Source: a bacterium (GTDB lineage: Bacteria; CLD3; SB21). From it: 64,000 bases of DNA. The position numbers and the translations under genes are program-made. The stretch lies in the NCBI GenBank assembly GCA_008933615.1, contig WBUR01000002.1, forward strand, positions 28,372 to 92,371, in the 5' to 3' direction. The number at the start of each line of letters is the position of its first letter. Positions within the stretch are counted from its first letter, which is position 1. The notes below the pieces were generated by a model. The model saw nothing but the letters and a program-made list of their open reading frames with translations, made no database searches and had not been told where the DNA came from. Shown in pieces: positions 1 to 10,278 of this stretch.

Positions 1-1
1 T

Positions 2-163
2 GAAGTTTCCAAAGAGGCTGCAAAAGCTCCTAAGAGTTTTGTGCCAAAGCCCGGTCCGCCAGCAGAAATAAAGGCTGAAGAAACGACCGCAGAGGCTGCG
101 CCAGTAAAAAAACCAAAGATATTTGTGCCAAAGAGTAGACAGACTGAACCGCCACAATCGTAA
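2..163 (+). CDS. 3' end of an upstream gene (partial). The C-terminal tail is Lys/Pro/Ala-rich with repeated FVPK motifs (…KSFVPKPGPPAEIKAEETTAEAAPVKKPKIFVPKSRQTEPPQS*).
   Basis: Open frame running off the 5' edge of the window and ending at TAA 161-163. Low-complexity basic tail; the protein family cannot be identified from the fragment. Confidence 0.3.
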   Translation, partial: EVSKEAAKAPKSFVPKPGPPAEIKAEETTAEAAPVKKPKIFVPKSRQTEPPQS

Positions 164-254
164 TTCTTTAAAGCAAATGGTTTGATTTTATGACGGTTGT
201 TTATTAATTTAATACAAGAGTTTGTTTGCTTCTTCTAAAAGAGGTGTGAAATGT

Positions 255-845
255 ATGGATGTACCCGTTGAAATAAAGTGGATTATAGAAGACGAACAGA
301 GCAACGGATATATACTTCAGTTGATTGAGACCAATCACGATAAAGGCCGGATTTTACCGGTTGTCATTGGCGCGCCTGAAGCTCACGCCATCGCATTGGA
401 ACTCCAGGGCATTAAGCCCTTCAGACCTTTTACACATGATTTAGCTGTTCAATTTCTCGAAGCGTTGGATGCGGAAGTGCGAAAAGTGGTGATAACTGAA
501 TTAAACAAAAATACGTTTTTCGCCACGATATACATTAGCAGCAACAGCGTGGGCGAACAAGTGATAGATTCCAGGCCGTCGGATGCGATAGCCATCGCGA
601 TACGTGTTGGCGCTCCCATTTTTGTCAATGAAGACGTCATGAGCGTCGCCGGTTTGGAAGTTGACTTGCAAACGGGCGCCTATAATAAATCCTTAAAACA
701 AACGGACGGTATTCCCGATACTGCGCCGCCGATTATTCAAAATAACCTTGAAAAACTTGAGAAAGAACTTCAAAAAGCGATCGAATCTGAAAACTATGAA
801 CTCGCCGCCAAAATTCGTGATCAGATTAATCTCATGAAATCATAG
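255..845 (+). CDS. Bifunctional nuclease family protein (DUF151/BFN domain) with a C-terminal UVR (UvrB/UvrC-type) motif
   Basis: The translation contains ...ILPVVIGAPEAHAIALELQG...RPSDAIAIAIRVGAPIFV..., typical of the BFN domain. The C-terminus is LEKELQKAIESENYELAAKIRDQI, a UVR motif. ATG at 255 is preceded by a GAGGTG Shine-Dalgarno sequence. The ORF track uses an upstream TTG at 222. Confidence 0.7.
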   Translation: MDVPVEIKWIIEDEQSNGYILQLIETNHDKGRILPVVIGAPEAHAIALELQGIKPFRPFTHDLAVQFLEALDAEVRKVVITELNKNTFFATIYISSNSVGEQVIDSRPSDAIAIAIRVGAPIFVNEDVMSVAGLEVDLQTGAYNKSLKQTDGIPDTAPPIIQNNLEKLEKELQKAIESENYELAAKIRDQINLMKS

Positions 846-860
846 CCCAGAACTTACCCC

Positions 861-2459
861 ATGTTTATTCTTGCCCGATATATTATTCGCGAACATATCG
901 GCCCTTTCTTTTTTGCATTATCCCTCATTATGACCATGTTGGTTCTCAATTTTGTGCTTCAGGCTATGAAGTATATCATTGGCAAGGGAATCAGCATACA
1001 GGTTATATTTGAATTTATTGCTTATAACTTAGCCGGCATCATAGTGCTTGTTGTCCCCATGTCCATATTGGTTGCTACTATTATGGCATTTGGCCGTTTA
1101 TCATCGGATAATGAGATAACAGCAATCAAAGCAGGAGGGATTAATTTTTATAAGCTGATCATTCCTGTGCTCATGCTGTCGGGCGTTATCACCTACGGAT
1201 TGTTTGTGTTTAATGATCAGGTTTTGCCGATTGCAAATCACCACGCGCGTGTCCTGAAAAAAAACATTCAGACGAAGCGGCCGACGCTGACAATTGAACC
1301 GGGGGTCTATCTGGATGGAGTTGAGAATTTTACTATGATCGTGGAAAACAAGGATGAACTGGGCTCGTCGATTTACGGTATTACGATATTCGATAAGACT
1401 CAGCGAGATGCCGCGCGAACAATCACGGCCGAAAAGGGGCAAATTGAAATCGAAGAAGAAAATGAAGACATGGTTATCACTTTAGAGAACGGCGAGATCC
1501 ATGATATGAATCCGCGAAAACCGGATAATTACCAGAGGATAAATTTTACAAAATACAGAGTGACGGTCAAAGTTGAAAATCTTACATTAAAAAAGAGCGA
1601 TGAGAGTTTTCATAATGAACGTGAAAAAAATATTTCCCAATTAATGGAAGATGTGCAGCGTTATAAAAATGAAAGGGATAAGCATCTCGACAAAGTGGTC
1701 AAAGCAGTTGAGAAAAGTCCCGAAGTAATAACGCAACTTGATGAAAAAGGCAAAGGCTATTTTCATCGTTTCTTCTTTAATTACTCTTTTCTCGATGATA
1801 TTAACGCCATCTTTACGCGTCTAAATTTAGCGGCAGATACAACTGAGTACAAGTTCCAGACCGCTTTTCATGACTCCTCTCATAAGAGCATACTAACGAT
1901 TTTGAAATATTCTTCCGACAGCACGCGCAAGCCCGGCGTTGTCTTAAAACGGGGCATGAGTTCTGAAGATTCAATAAGAAAAATGAACGCCGGTATTCAA
2001 CTTCCCGATACAGCAGCAATGATTACGGCATTTGCCGTACAACAAGTCGCAAGCGCATTGAACTCCACGAATAATTATCAGCGTCTTATGGATCAACTGA
2101 TGGTGGAAGTTAACAAGAAATATTCAATACCCGTCGCATGTATCGTCTTCGTCATGCTGGGCGCTCCGTTAGGCGTAATGGCGAAAAAGGGGAACTTAGG
2201 AATAGCCGGCGGCATTAGTCTTTTTTTCTTCATCGCGTATTATTTTTGTTTAATTCTTGGTGAAAATTTTGCAGACCGCCAATTACTGAATCCTTTTGTT
2301 GCAATGTGGTTTATGAATATCCTATTGGGATCCGTTGGTGTTATTTTAATCTATCAAACGGCTTCGGAAAAAGATTTTGGAATTGTCTCATTCCTGCGCA
2401 CGGTTGTCTACAAAATCTATTATGCCGTAAAGCGGACGGATAAAAAGGAACGGCTTTGA
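861..2459 (+). CDS. LptF/LptG-family (YjgP/YjgQ) lipopolysaccharide export permease, long form with a large periplasmic insertion
   Basis: N-terminus MFILARYIIREHIGPFFFALSLIMTMLVLNFV is a YjgP/YjgQ signature. At 532 aa it is well over the roughly 360 aa of E. coli LptF/G because of a charged central domain. Hydrophobic helices flank that domain. Confidence 0.75.
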   Translation: MFILARYIIREHIGPFFFALSLIMTMLVLNFVLQAMKYIIGKGISIQVIFEFIAYNLAGIIVLVVPMSILVATIMAFGRLSSDNEITAIKAGGINFYKLIIPVLMLSGVITYGLFVFNDQVLPIANHHARVLKKNIQTKRPTLTIEPGVYLDGVENFTMIVENKDELGSSIYGITIFDKTQRDAARTITAEKGQIEIEEENEDMVITLENGEIHDMNPRKPDNYQRINFTKYRVTVKVENLTLKKSDESFHNEREKNISQLMEDVQRYKNERDKHLDKVVKAVEKSPEVITQLDEKGKGYFHRFFFNYSFLDDINAIFTRLNLAADTTEYKFQTAFHDSSHKSILTILKYSSDSTRKPGVVLKRGMSSEDSIRKMNAGIQLPDTAAMITAFAVQQVASALNSTNNYQRLMDQLMVEVNKKYSIPVACIVFVMLGAPLGVMAKKGNLGIAGGISLFFFIAYYFCLILGENFADRQLLNPFVAMWFMNILLGSVGVILIYQTASEKDFGIVSFLRTVVYKIYYAVKRTDKKERL

Positions 2460-3211
2460 ACGAAAAAAACATCATATTCGGCAGAAGGGCTGTTATGGAG
2501 GCCATTCGAAGCAATACGGCAATTGAGGAACTGTTTTTGCAGAAAAATGCACAGGGACTGTCTGATATCCAAAATGAAGCGCAACTGTTTTCAATAAAAA
2601 CAAAAGAAGTGCCGCAGAGCGTCATGGATAATATGGCCTTACGCCAGAACCATCAAGGTGTTCTTGCCAAACTAAAATATATGGAATTTGCCTATGCGAC
2701 CGTGGAAGATATTTTTGAAAGAGCGGAGCGCAAGAATGAAAGAGTCCTTATAACCATCTTGGATGAAATAGTAGATCCCCATAATTTGGGCGCCATCATT
2801 CGAAGCGCTGAATGCGCAGGATTTCACGGCGTTATTATTCCAAAACATAACTCAGCAGAAGTAAATGCCACCGTGATGAAAACATCAGCCGGAGCAGCTA
2901 CTCATATACCGATTGTCCAAGTAACTAATTTATCACGCGCGATGAAGGAACTGAAGGCCCAAGGCGTCTGGATACACGGGACGTCAATGAATGCCACAAA
3001 AAATTATTTTGAAATGGATGCGCGCGACCACATTGCTGTAGTGATTGGCAGCGAAGGAAGTGGAATGAGGCGTTTGACAGAACAGGGGTGCGACTTTTTG
3101 ATAAAAATTCCAATCTTCGGAAATATCGAGTCGCTCAACGCATCGGTCGCAGCCGGAATTGTATTTTTTGACATTCAAAGGCAACGTTTATCACGGCCAA
3201 AACCAGGTTAA
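2456..3211 (+). CDS. rlmB: TrmH/SpoU-family RNA 2'-O-methyltransferase, RlmB-like
   Basis: Motifs LDEIVDPHNLGAIIRSAECAGFHGVIIP, VIGSEGSGMRRLT and IPIFGNIESLNASVAAGI align with the E. coli RlmB catalytic domain. TTG start overlaps the upstream stop. Confidence 0.8.
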   Translation: MNEKNIIFGRRAVMEAIRSNTAIEELFLQKNAQGLSDIQNEAQLFSIKTKEVPQSVMDNMALRQNHQGVLAKLKYMEFAYATVEDIFERAERKNERVLITILDEIVDPHNLGAIIRSAECAGFHGVIIPKHNSAEVNATVMKTSAGAATHIPIVQVTNLSRAMKELKAQGVWIHGTSMNATKNYFEMDARDHIAVVIGSEGSGMRRLTEQGCDFLIKIPIFGNIESLNASVAAGIVFFDIQRQRLSRPKPG

Positions 3212-3215
3212 TACC

Positions 3216-4007
3216 TTAACTTTCCAGTTCTTTTTGTTTTAATTCTTCTTTCTGTTGAATTTTTTCGCCAACCCAACCTCCGAATAATCCAAATATTCCG
3301 CCCCCTATAAGCGCAATTAATAAAACAAATACCGGAATTTCAATATCTAAACCGAACTTGAGAAATAAATAATTAAAAAGTATCGTAACCGTACCTGCAA
3401 TCCCACATTCCAGTTCGGTGTTTCCCGGGGATTTGTAGCCTGCGACAATACCTGATGCTATGACGCTCAAGGCGAGAAATAGTGCAATAGGTATGAGTTT
3501 GTAGAAAAATAATGATACAAAAAACAAAATGAAACAATTGAGCATAAAACCGACAACTGATGCAACGATAATCCAATGCCACTGGATGAATTTTGTAGGT
3601 TGGTTAAACCCTTCCATTTCTTCACCGATCCAACCACCGAGCTGAGTCAGTAAAATACCTCCAACGATCAGTAGTAATATCTGAAAAACGCTGAGTTCAG
3701 TAAGTTGGGACTGCACTTCGTAAAGTCTAGTTAATATCATACCGACGATCGGAATGATCATACCTACCAAAGCTGCCTCTTTAATGGTATGTCCACTAGA
3801 ATAGTGGCCTAATATCATTCCCGTTAGGATATAGGCTAATCCTGTGATTAAATAGGGTATGACTGGATTGTGAAATTTAGCGTAACTAATGAGAACCAAT
3901 ATCCCAATAAGAATAAGCCCGACTACCGTGCCGGCCGTAACCCAAAACCAATCAATATTCGATAGTAAATTTTTAATAGGGTTATTTTTCAAGTTCTGCT
4001 CAGTCAT
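3216..4007 (-). CDS. Hypothetical polytopic membrane protein with an internal duplication
   Basis: About 8 hydrophobic helices. Two halves end in similar motifs, GGWIGEEMEGF and GGWVGEKIQQ. No recognisable family. Confidence 0.5.
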   Translation of the reverse strand: MTEQNLKNNPIKNLLSNIDWFWVTAGTVVGLILIGILVLISYAKFHNPVIPYLITGLAYILTGMILGHYSSGHTIKEAALVGMIIPIVGMILTRLYEVQSQLTELSVFQILLLIVGGILLTQLGGWIGEEMEGFNQPTKFIQWHWIIVASVVGFMLNCFILFFVSLFFYKLIPIALFLALSVIASGIVAGYKSPGNTELECGIAGTVTILFNYLFLKFGLDIEIPVFVLLIALIGGGIFGLFGGWVGEKIQQKEELKQKELES

Positions 4008-4255
4008 TACAGTGCCTCATATTTAGAATAATGGTGCGTATTATCATGCATGCAGAAAAATTCTCTCCGGAACATGTTTCAAACTGGAAAAATGTAGAAA
4101 TTATAATCCTTATTGTCAAATTCAAGTTTGGTTCACATTTTGGACATTAATTTTTGCAAATGGGATTTCATTAAGCTATATTTTTTATATTTCAATATAT
4201 ATAGACAAAACAATAAAATATTTTTCGATGTTTGGTTAGAATAAAAAATAGTACC

Positions 4256-4468
4256 ATGAACCGTTATACGCGCATAGCTGTCGGTGGGCTTTATATCATA
4301 TTCGGTACCTTCATAATGCATTTTGAAGTATTGCCTGGAAACTTCGACCCCAGATTTCTTACTATGATGGGATTTGTATTGATCTGTTATGGCATGTATC
4401 GGGTAGTGCACAACTTTTATGTGAAGCCCGAAAACAGGGAACAACAGAATGATAAGGGTAATCAATGA
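4256..4468 (+). CDS. Small 2-TM membrane protein (hypothetical)
   Basis: MNRYTRIAVGGLYIIFGTFIMHF...FVLICYGMYRVV gives two hydrophobic helices. Its stop overlaps the start of the next gene (ATGA), suggesting translational coupling. Could be spurious. Confidence 0.25.
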   Translation: MNRYTRIAVGGLYIIFGTFIMHFEVLPGNFDPRFLTMMGFVLICYGMYRVVHNFYVKPENREQQNDKGNQ

Positions 4469-5400
4469 ACTCCAGCGTTGCAAAGTACTTCCTTATTGCA
4501 GCTTTATGCTTGTCGTGCCGGAAACGCGATGACGTCAGTTCGCCGACGAGCGGCAAACTGGACGTCATTTGTGATGAATCGGTTTCATCGGCAATTGAAA
4601 CTCAAAAAACGGAGTTTGAAAAAAACTACCCTAAAGCGCGTATCAGCTTAAAGCTCAGTACGACAAATTATGCGATCGGCAGTTTACTTAACCATGACGT
4701 CGAATGTATTATTTCCACGCGCGAACTGGATTCCACTGAAACTGATTTTCTGATTCGAAACGACATTAAAGTATATTCGCAAAAATTAGCTTTGGACGGT
4801 ATCGCATTTATTGTCAACGCCAAGAACCCCATCCAGGAAGTTACTTTGGACCAAATAAGTTCTATACTAACCGGAAGAAATATTCGATGGAATTCAGTTT
4901 CTGACGCTACATCCTTTCCTTCAAACATTGATGAAGTCCGTCTTGTTATCGACGGCCGAAAATCAGGAAACTATTATCTGCTTAAACATCAGGTTTTGAA
5001 TGACGAGTCCATGACGGCAGCGGCTGAAATAATACCCGGTGACTCCATGGTCAGTTCGTCTGAAAGAATCTTGAATTACGTTGTATCGCATCGCGACGCG
5101 ATAGGGTATGTTAGCACTGCGTGGCTCGGAAATAATCCTAAATTCACCAAAGTTGCCGATCAAATAAAAGTGCTGCGTTTAGCAGCAACCGACTACCAGA
5201 AGGCCGTTGCTCCCATTCCTGGCTATGTTTACCGTGGGGATTATCCATTGCGGCGTTTTATTTACATAATGCACCGCCAAGACCACATCGGACTTGCGGC
5301 AGGATTTACGGCATATATGACCGGAAATGAAGGGCAGCGAATGTTCTTACGATCTAATCTGGTACCGGCGATGAATCCTGTCCGGCTCGTACCTGAATAA
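4465..5400 (+). CDS. PstS-like periplasmic phosphate-binding lipoprotein (PBP superfamily)
   Basis: Lipoprotein signal LIAALCLSC. PBP-like fold motifs are visible (…IAFIVNAKNPIQEVTLDQISSILTGRNIRWN…). No pstCAB genes follow, so it may be an orphan binding protein. Confidence 0.55.
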   Translation: MNSSVAKYFLIAALCLSCRKRDDVSSPTSGKLDVICDESVSSAIETQKTEFEKNYPKARISLKLSTTNYAIGSLLNHDVECIISTRELDSTETDFLIRNDIKVYSQKLALDGIAFIVNAKNPIQEVTLDQISSILTGRNIRWNSVSDATSFPSNIDEVRLVIDGRKSGNYYLLKHQVLNDESMTAAAEIIPGDSMVSSSERILNYVVSHRDAIGYVSTAWLGNNPKFTKVADQIKVLRLAATDYQKAVAPIPGYVYRGDYPLRRFIYIMHRQDHIGLAAGFTAYMTGNEGQRMFLRSNLVPAMNPVRLVPE

Positions 5401-5457
5401 AATTCGCTTGTGTTTTTATGAAAAAAATTAGAACTTTGCTGGCTTTTTATCCGTAGA

Positions 5458-7221
5458 ATGTTTCATACAAACCCTTATCAAATAGGCTTGAGAAAGATAT
5501 CTGTTCTAATGCGGCATATGCTGTTTAACTTTGCAAATACGAGTCTATTTTTATTGCTGTTAATTACTTCAGAAGCGATATCCCAGAATGTTCAAATTCA
5601 GGCGGCGCGAGAAAGGCTGAGTAGCGGCGATACAGCAGGCGCTCTGAGCCTCTTGGAAAGCGCAGCAAACGAATATCCTGAGTCGGCTGACGTCCACTAC
5701 TGGCTTGCGTTAGCATATTATAAGAGCGAACGAATCTCGGATGCACTGAACTCGGCCCAGAAGACATTCGCCATCAAGCCGAAACATCTATTGAACCGAA
5801 GCTTGTTACTTGATATTTACTTGAAAGAAGAAAATTTTACAGATGCAAAAGCTGAAGCTGAATTCTTGCTTAAGGAATCACCCAAAGATCCGGATCTTCG
5901 CTTTAGGTTTGCACAATGTTTGGCAGGTTTAAGTCAGTTTGAAGAAGCAAGTATTGAGCTTTCGAAACTGGAAGTGCATAAAAAGTTACCGTATAATTTG
6001 CAGTACAAAGTTCTCTTACTACTCGGGGATGTGTATGCCAAACAGAATATAAATGAAACGGCAATTGCCTATTATTCCAAAGCAGCGTCAGTAAACGGCA
6101 GTTCGGTTGATGTACATATAAAACTGGGCAAAACGTATTTCAAGGAACGCCAGTATAACGATGCGCTGAGGGAGTATCTAGAAGTCGTGCGGCTTGATTC
6201 AAATAACACCGAAGGCAATCTCAATGTAGGGTATATTTATTATAATGGAGGTAAATCAAATCCTCAGCAGTATGGGAACGCAATTTTTTATCTGCAGAAA
6301 TATGCGGCGCTAGAGCCGGCTGATCCTCGCGGATTTTTGTACATCGGAAAAAGTTTTCATGCGCTTAGAAGTTACTCCAACGCAATCCCACCGCTTCAGA
6401 CGGCTGCTCGGCTTGACAGTGGGGCAGGACGAGAAGAGACGATGAAATTTCTGGCTGAGTCGTATTCAGGAATTCAGGATCACGAAAAGACGATTAAGAT
6501 GTATGAAGAACTGGAGAAAAAACAGTATCCTTTGGACGCGATGGATTATGTCAGGTTAGGCCTTTCGTACAAAGCTATTAAAGATACGCTAAATACGGGC
6601 AAGTATTTTAGCAAAGCGGCATCCGCGGATTCGTTATACCATGTATTGCTTCAGGAAGTTGGGTTGATGTACTACGGAAGCAAAAATTTTGTCGAGGCGG
6701 CTCGCTGGTTCGAAAAACGAATTGCTGCAAACGCCAATGATACTGCCGTTGCCGGGACATGGCAGAGTTTAGGTTTATGCCAGTTTTATTCGGCAAAAAC
6801 ACGGCAGGATACATTAAAAGCGCTGTCATCAATTCGAAATGCGATACATTTAAAGCCGTATTCTCAATACTATTGGCTTATATTTGCACAAATCGCAGAG
6901 TATGCGGATTCCGCAGCGTCTGCAAAAATGGCTTATCAGCAGGTCGTAGATATTGATTCTAATAATGCTCAAGCTTATTTCGGGCTGGCAAGCATATCTT
7001 ACCGTTTAAAAAACAATGACGAAGCCATCACGTATTTCAAACAGGTTATCCGGCTCGACGACAAACATAAATACGCGCTGTATTATCTCGCCCAATGTTA
7101 CCTTAGGCAGAAAAATAATTTAGCAGCTATTCCATACCTGAGAAAATATGTCGAACTAGATCCAAACGGGCAATTCGCTGTAAATTCAAAACGTATTCTG
7201 AAGCAACTTGGCGCTAATTAA
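5458..7221 (+). CDS. TPR-repeat protein (secreted)
   Basis: Multiple 34-aa TPR-like repeats (…AYYSKAASVNGSSVDVHIKLGKTYF…, …AYFGLASISYRLKNNDEAITYFKQVIRLD…). Signal-like N-terminus; the real start may be the internal MRHML. Confidence 0.75.
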   Translation: MFHTNPYQIGLRKISVLMRHMLFNFANTSLFLLLLITSEAISQNVQIQAARERLSSGDTAGALSLLESAANEYPESADVHYWLALAYYKSERISDALNSAQKTFAIKPKHLLNRSLLLDIYLKEENFTDAKAEAEFLLKESPKDPDLRFRFAQCLAGLSQFEEASIELSKLEVHKKLPYNLQYKVLLLLGDVYAKQNINETAIAYYSKAASVNGSSVDVHIKLGKTYFKERQYNDALREYLEVVRLDSNNTEGNLNVGYIYYNGGKSNPQQYGNAIFYLQKYAALEPADPRGFLYIGKSFHALRSYSNAIPPLQTAARLDSGAGREETMKFLAESYSGIQDHEKTIKMYEELEKKQYPLDAMDYVRLGLSYKAIKDTLNTGKYFSKAASADSLYHVLLQEVGLMYYGSKNFVEAARWFEKRIAANANDTAVAGTWQSLGLCQFYSAKTRQDTLKALSSIRNAIHLKPYSQYYWLIFAQIAEYADSAASAKMAYQQVVDIDSNNAQAYFGLASISYRLKNNDEAITYFKQVIRLDDKHKYALYYLAQCYLRQKNNLAAIPYLRKYVELDPNGQFAVNSKRILKQLGAN

Positions 7222-7307
7222 TGTGAATTACCGGCGCATATATGCATCGCACACTACAGAAGCTATTATGAGACTCTACATCTTCACTATTCAAGGAGGA
7301 AATCTAC

Positions 7308-8057
7308 ATGAAACAGTCCGTTTTTATGACGGTATTAATCGCAACGGCATTTCTGATCTCAGCGATTATTTATGAATTCGTTTTTGGCGCGGAAGGCGAT
7401 GCTTTCGGATTAAACTATATCTACAAAGGCGGATATTTGGTTGTTGTCCTCATGGTCCTGTCCATTATGGTTATAACGTTTGTATTTGAACGTATCTTTT
7501 CTTTGCGTAAAGCCAACGGCAGTGATGCTTTGCCGTTTTTTTTGAAAAAAGTTCAAAAAAACCTTCTTGAAAACAGCGTGGAATCCGCTGTAGAAGTGTG
7601 TGACCATCAAAAAGGATCGTGCGCAAATATTATCAAAATGGGACTTGAAAGTTTTATTCGTACTGGAAAGTTAGGCTTGACGATCGATAAGCGTGTTGCG
7701 GAAATGAAACGATCCATCGAAGAAGCTTCTTCGCTGGAAGTGCCGCTGTTGGAGAGGAATTTAATCGCGATTTCAACCATTGCATCCATTTCTACGATGG
7801 TCGGGTTGCTTGGAACGACTATCGGTATGATTCGCGCGTTCAAAGCCCTGGCACAATCCGGCGCTCCCGATGCGGTTCAACTTTCACTTGGAATTTCAGA
7901 GGCCCTGATCAATACAGCGGGCGGCCTGTTTGCAGCCATTGTTGCCATCGTCGCATATAATTATTTTGTTAATAAAGTGGATACGTATACGTATCTCATT
8001 GACGAAGCGAGCTATAACGTGGTCGAGATCTTGGCTAATAAGAATTCCGATAAGTAA
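7308..8057 (+). CDS. exbB: MotA/TolQ/ExbB proton-channel family protein
   Basis: Three TM helices. Conserved C-terminal helix motif ...MVGLLGTTIGMIRAFKAL... First gene of the exbB-exbD-exbD-tonB cluster. Confidence 0.85.
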   Translation: MKQSVFMTVLIATAFLISAIIYEFVFGAEGDAFGLNYIYKGGYLVVVLMVLSIMVITFVFERIFSLRKANGSDALPFFLKKVQKNLLENSVESAVEVCDHQKGSCANIIKMGLESFIRTGKLGLTIDKRVAEMKRSIEEASSLEVPLLERNLIAISTIASISTMVGLLGTTIGMIRAFKALAQSGAPDAVQLSLGISEALINTAGGLFAAIVAIVAYNYFVNKVDTYTYLIDEASYNVVEILANKNSDK

Positions 8058-8084
8058 ACGATTCAATTCCCATAACGAGGCAAC

Positions 8085-8567
8085 ATGGCGAAAATTAAAA
8101 AACATCGCGTTGGTGTTAATCTTGATATGACCCCCATGGTAGACGTAGCGTTTCTGTTGTTAACTTTTTTTATGCTGGCAACGACGTTCCGACCGCCCGA
8201 AGAAGTATCTGTCACGGTGCCGGATTCTCATTCGCAATTAAAGTTACCGGTTGCAAACGTAATCACGCTGTCTATAACGAAGGAAAAACGAATATGGATG
8301 GACGTGGATGCTCAGGTTGTTCGCGCCAAGATTTTTGGAATAGACTATGCGCAGAAAGCCGGCAAAGAAATTAGTATAGATGAACTAGCTTCGCTGATCA
8401 ATAAAGCGAGGTTGGAGAATCTTGCGATTCGCGGAGCGCAAGGAGCCATGCGTGTTGTCATTAAAGCAGATAAAGACGCGGACTACGACGTCGTGAGTGA
8501 CATCATTGATATATTACAGAAAACCAAGATCACAACGGTAAATTTTATCACCAATCTGGAACGATAA
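8085..8567 (+). CDS. exbD: ExbD/TolR biopolymer transport protein
   Basis: N-terminus ...DMTPMVDVAFLLLTFFMLATTF is the ExbD/TolR signature TM segment. Confidence 0.85.
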   Translation: MAKIKKHRVGVNLDMTPMVDVAFLLLTFFMLATTFRPPEEVSVTVPDSHSQLKLPVANVITLSITKEKRIWMDVDAQVVRAKIFGIDYAQKAGKEISIDELASLINKARLENLAIRGAQGAMRVVIKADKDADYDVVSDIIDILQKTKITTVNFITNLER

Positions 8568-8588
8568 TAAATAGGCGGAGTTTAAATT

Positions 8589-9167
8589 ATGTCTGAAATA
8601 GGAGCGGCACAGCCAAGGTCGCACGGCAAAGGGAAAAAAAGAAAACGACGGCTCGGCGTTCGTCTTGATATGACGCCGATGGTGGACGTAGCTTTTCTTC
8701 TTTTGACTTTTTTTATGTTAACAACGGCCTTTCGTTTGCCGCAAACCATGGAAATCAGCATTCCGGAAGACGATAAAGAAAGCAATCAAGTCAAGATCGC
8801 CGAATCAAATATTTTGCAAGTGCGGGTAACGGATGATAATACGATTTATTGGAATTTGGGAAATAATGCACCTCAAAAGACGGACTTAAACAATTTACGT
8901 CACCTATTTATTGAGCGAAGCGAGAAGAATATTCAAGACGGCAAAGGCGTTACAATTAAGGAGAAATATAAACTGATTATGCTCATCAAAATCGATAAAA
9001 AGGCCAAATACGAACATATGATCAATATTGTCGATGAACTGGATCTTGCGATGGTCTCGCTGAATGAGAAAAATAAGTTAACGGAAAGCGGCAGTAAATT
9101 ATCTCCCCGTTTTGCCTTTGCGCCGCTTACCGATCGGGATCTAACGGAGCTTAAGAAGGCGCCATGA
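8589..9167 (+). CDS. exbD: ExbD/TolR biopolymer transport protein (second paralogue)
   Basis: Repeats the same DMTPMVDVAFLLLTFFMLTTAF motif. Paralogue of the preceding gene. Confidence 0.85.
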   Translation: MSEIGAAQPRSHGKGKKRKRRLGVRLDMTPMVDVAFLLLTFFMLTTAFRLPQTMEISIPEDDKESNQVKIAESNILQVRVTDDNTIYWNLGNNAPQKTDLNNLRHLFIERSEKNIQDGKGVTIKEKYKLIMLIKIDKKAKYEHMINIVDELDLAMVSLNEKNKLTESGSKLSPRFAFAPLTDRDLTELKKAP

Positions 9168-9907
9168 GCAATATCGATGTCATAGATGGATTTGAGAGGG
9201 AAAACTACGGTTCGTATGTACTCAAAAAAGTCTATTCGAAGAACTTAGCAGCCGGATTAATTATCGGCGTGGCGTTGCACATCGGAGGAATCGCTTCCTA
9301 TTATATTTCGAATATCGTGATGCAGGAGGATAGGATAATCACCGTCAAATTCACCGACATTAATGAACTCCAAAATGCCCCGCCGTTACAGGATGCGCCG
9401 CCGCCGCCGACAGTAAAAATAGAAATCCCGGATGTGATCAAACCTGCTATGGGAATGCCTATCATCGTTCCGGATGAGGAGGCGTTGCCGGAATTAACCA
9501 TTCAAACTCAGGAAGAAATCAAAACGGATATTGCATCAAGTACTTTTGGAGATCAGGATGGTGAAATAAGGGTTGATATCAGCGGAGTGATACAGGGGAT
9601 TTCCGGAAATGATGAACCCGGCATGGATGAATTTGTTGTGGTCGAACAAAACCCGGTTCCGCTTGGAAGGCCGAATATCGTCTATCCGGAACTCGCAAAA
9701 AAAGCAGGCCTGGAAGGCAAGGTTGTTGTTAAGGCGCTTATCGACGAGACGGGGAGCGTGACAAAAATTGTTGTGATCGCCGGTGAAGATATTTTTAAAG
9801 ACGCCGCAGTGGCTGCGATCAAGCAAATGAAATTTAAGCCCGCCATCAACGGCAACAGGGCTGTCAAGGTCTGGATTACTTATCCTGTCGTGTTTCGGCT
9901 CAATTGA
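9164..9907 (+). CDS. tonB: TonB-family energy transducer
   Basis: N-terminal TM anchor, a Pro-rich spacer (APPLQDAPPPPTVKIEIP) and a C-terminal TonB domain (…PVYPELAKKAGLEGKVVVKALIDETGSV…KPAINGNRAV…). Start overlaps the upstream stop. Confidence 0.85.
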   Translation: MSNIDVIDGFERENYGSYVLKKVYSKNLAAGLIIGVALHIGGIASYYISNIVMQEDRIITVKFTDINELQNAPPLQDAPPPPTVKIEIPDVIKPAMGMPIIVPDEEALPELTIQTQEEIKTDIASSTFGDQDGEIRVDISGVIQGISGNDEPGMDEFVVVEQNPVPLGRPNIVYPELAKKAGLEGKVVVKALIDETGSVTKIVVIAGEDIFKDAAVAAIKQMKFKPAINGNRAVKVWITYPVVFRLN

Positions 9908-10040
9908 AAGTTTTAGGGGATTAACTTTGGAGCCAAAAGCTATTGCGTTTACTACTCCGGATTAGTATGACAGACGCAGTTGTTCATTGATACAATAGTT
10001 ATGTGCAATTGTCCTTTCAAAACAAAGGCGTCTTTCGTCT

Positions 10041-10274
10041 TTAAGAAATGTGCTTATTTTCTACATCGGAGGCGCTTTTGTATTCCAATATGTCTCCGGG
10101 CTGACAATTCAAGGCCTTACAAATTTCCTCAAGGGTTGATAGCCGAATCGCTTTTGCCTTGCCGTTTTTTAAGACAGAAACATTGGCGATCGTGATACCG
10201 ACTTTCTCAGCAAGCTCGGTGACGCTCATTTTTCGTTTCGCCAGCATGACGTCTATGTTAATGATGATCGCCAT
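10041..10274 (-). CDS. XRE/Cro-C1-family helix-turn-helix transcriptional regulator (short)
   Basis: ...MSVTELAEKVGITIANVSVLKNGKAKAIRLSTLEEICKALNCQPGDILEY is a canonical HTH_XRE. Convergent with tonB and overlapping the upstream DUF2975 gene by 4 nt. Confidence 0.8.
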   Translation of the reverse strand: MAIIINIDVMLAKRKMSVTELAEKVGITIANVSVLKNGKAKAIRLSTLEEICKALNCQPGDILEYKSASDVENKHIS

Positions 10275-10278
10275 AGTC

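Noticed and set aside
4133-4483. 116-aa minus-strand ORF between the membrane protein and pstS-like gene
   Set aside because: Overlaps the AT-rich promoter region and the plus-strand small membrane ORF. Low-complexity hydrophobic translation and no RBS. Neither strand's small ORF is certain.
9980-10195. 71-aa plus-strand ORF
   Set aside because: Antisense to the canonical XRE HTH gene.
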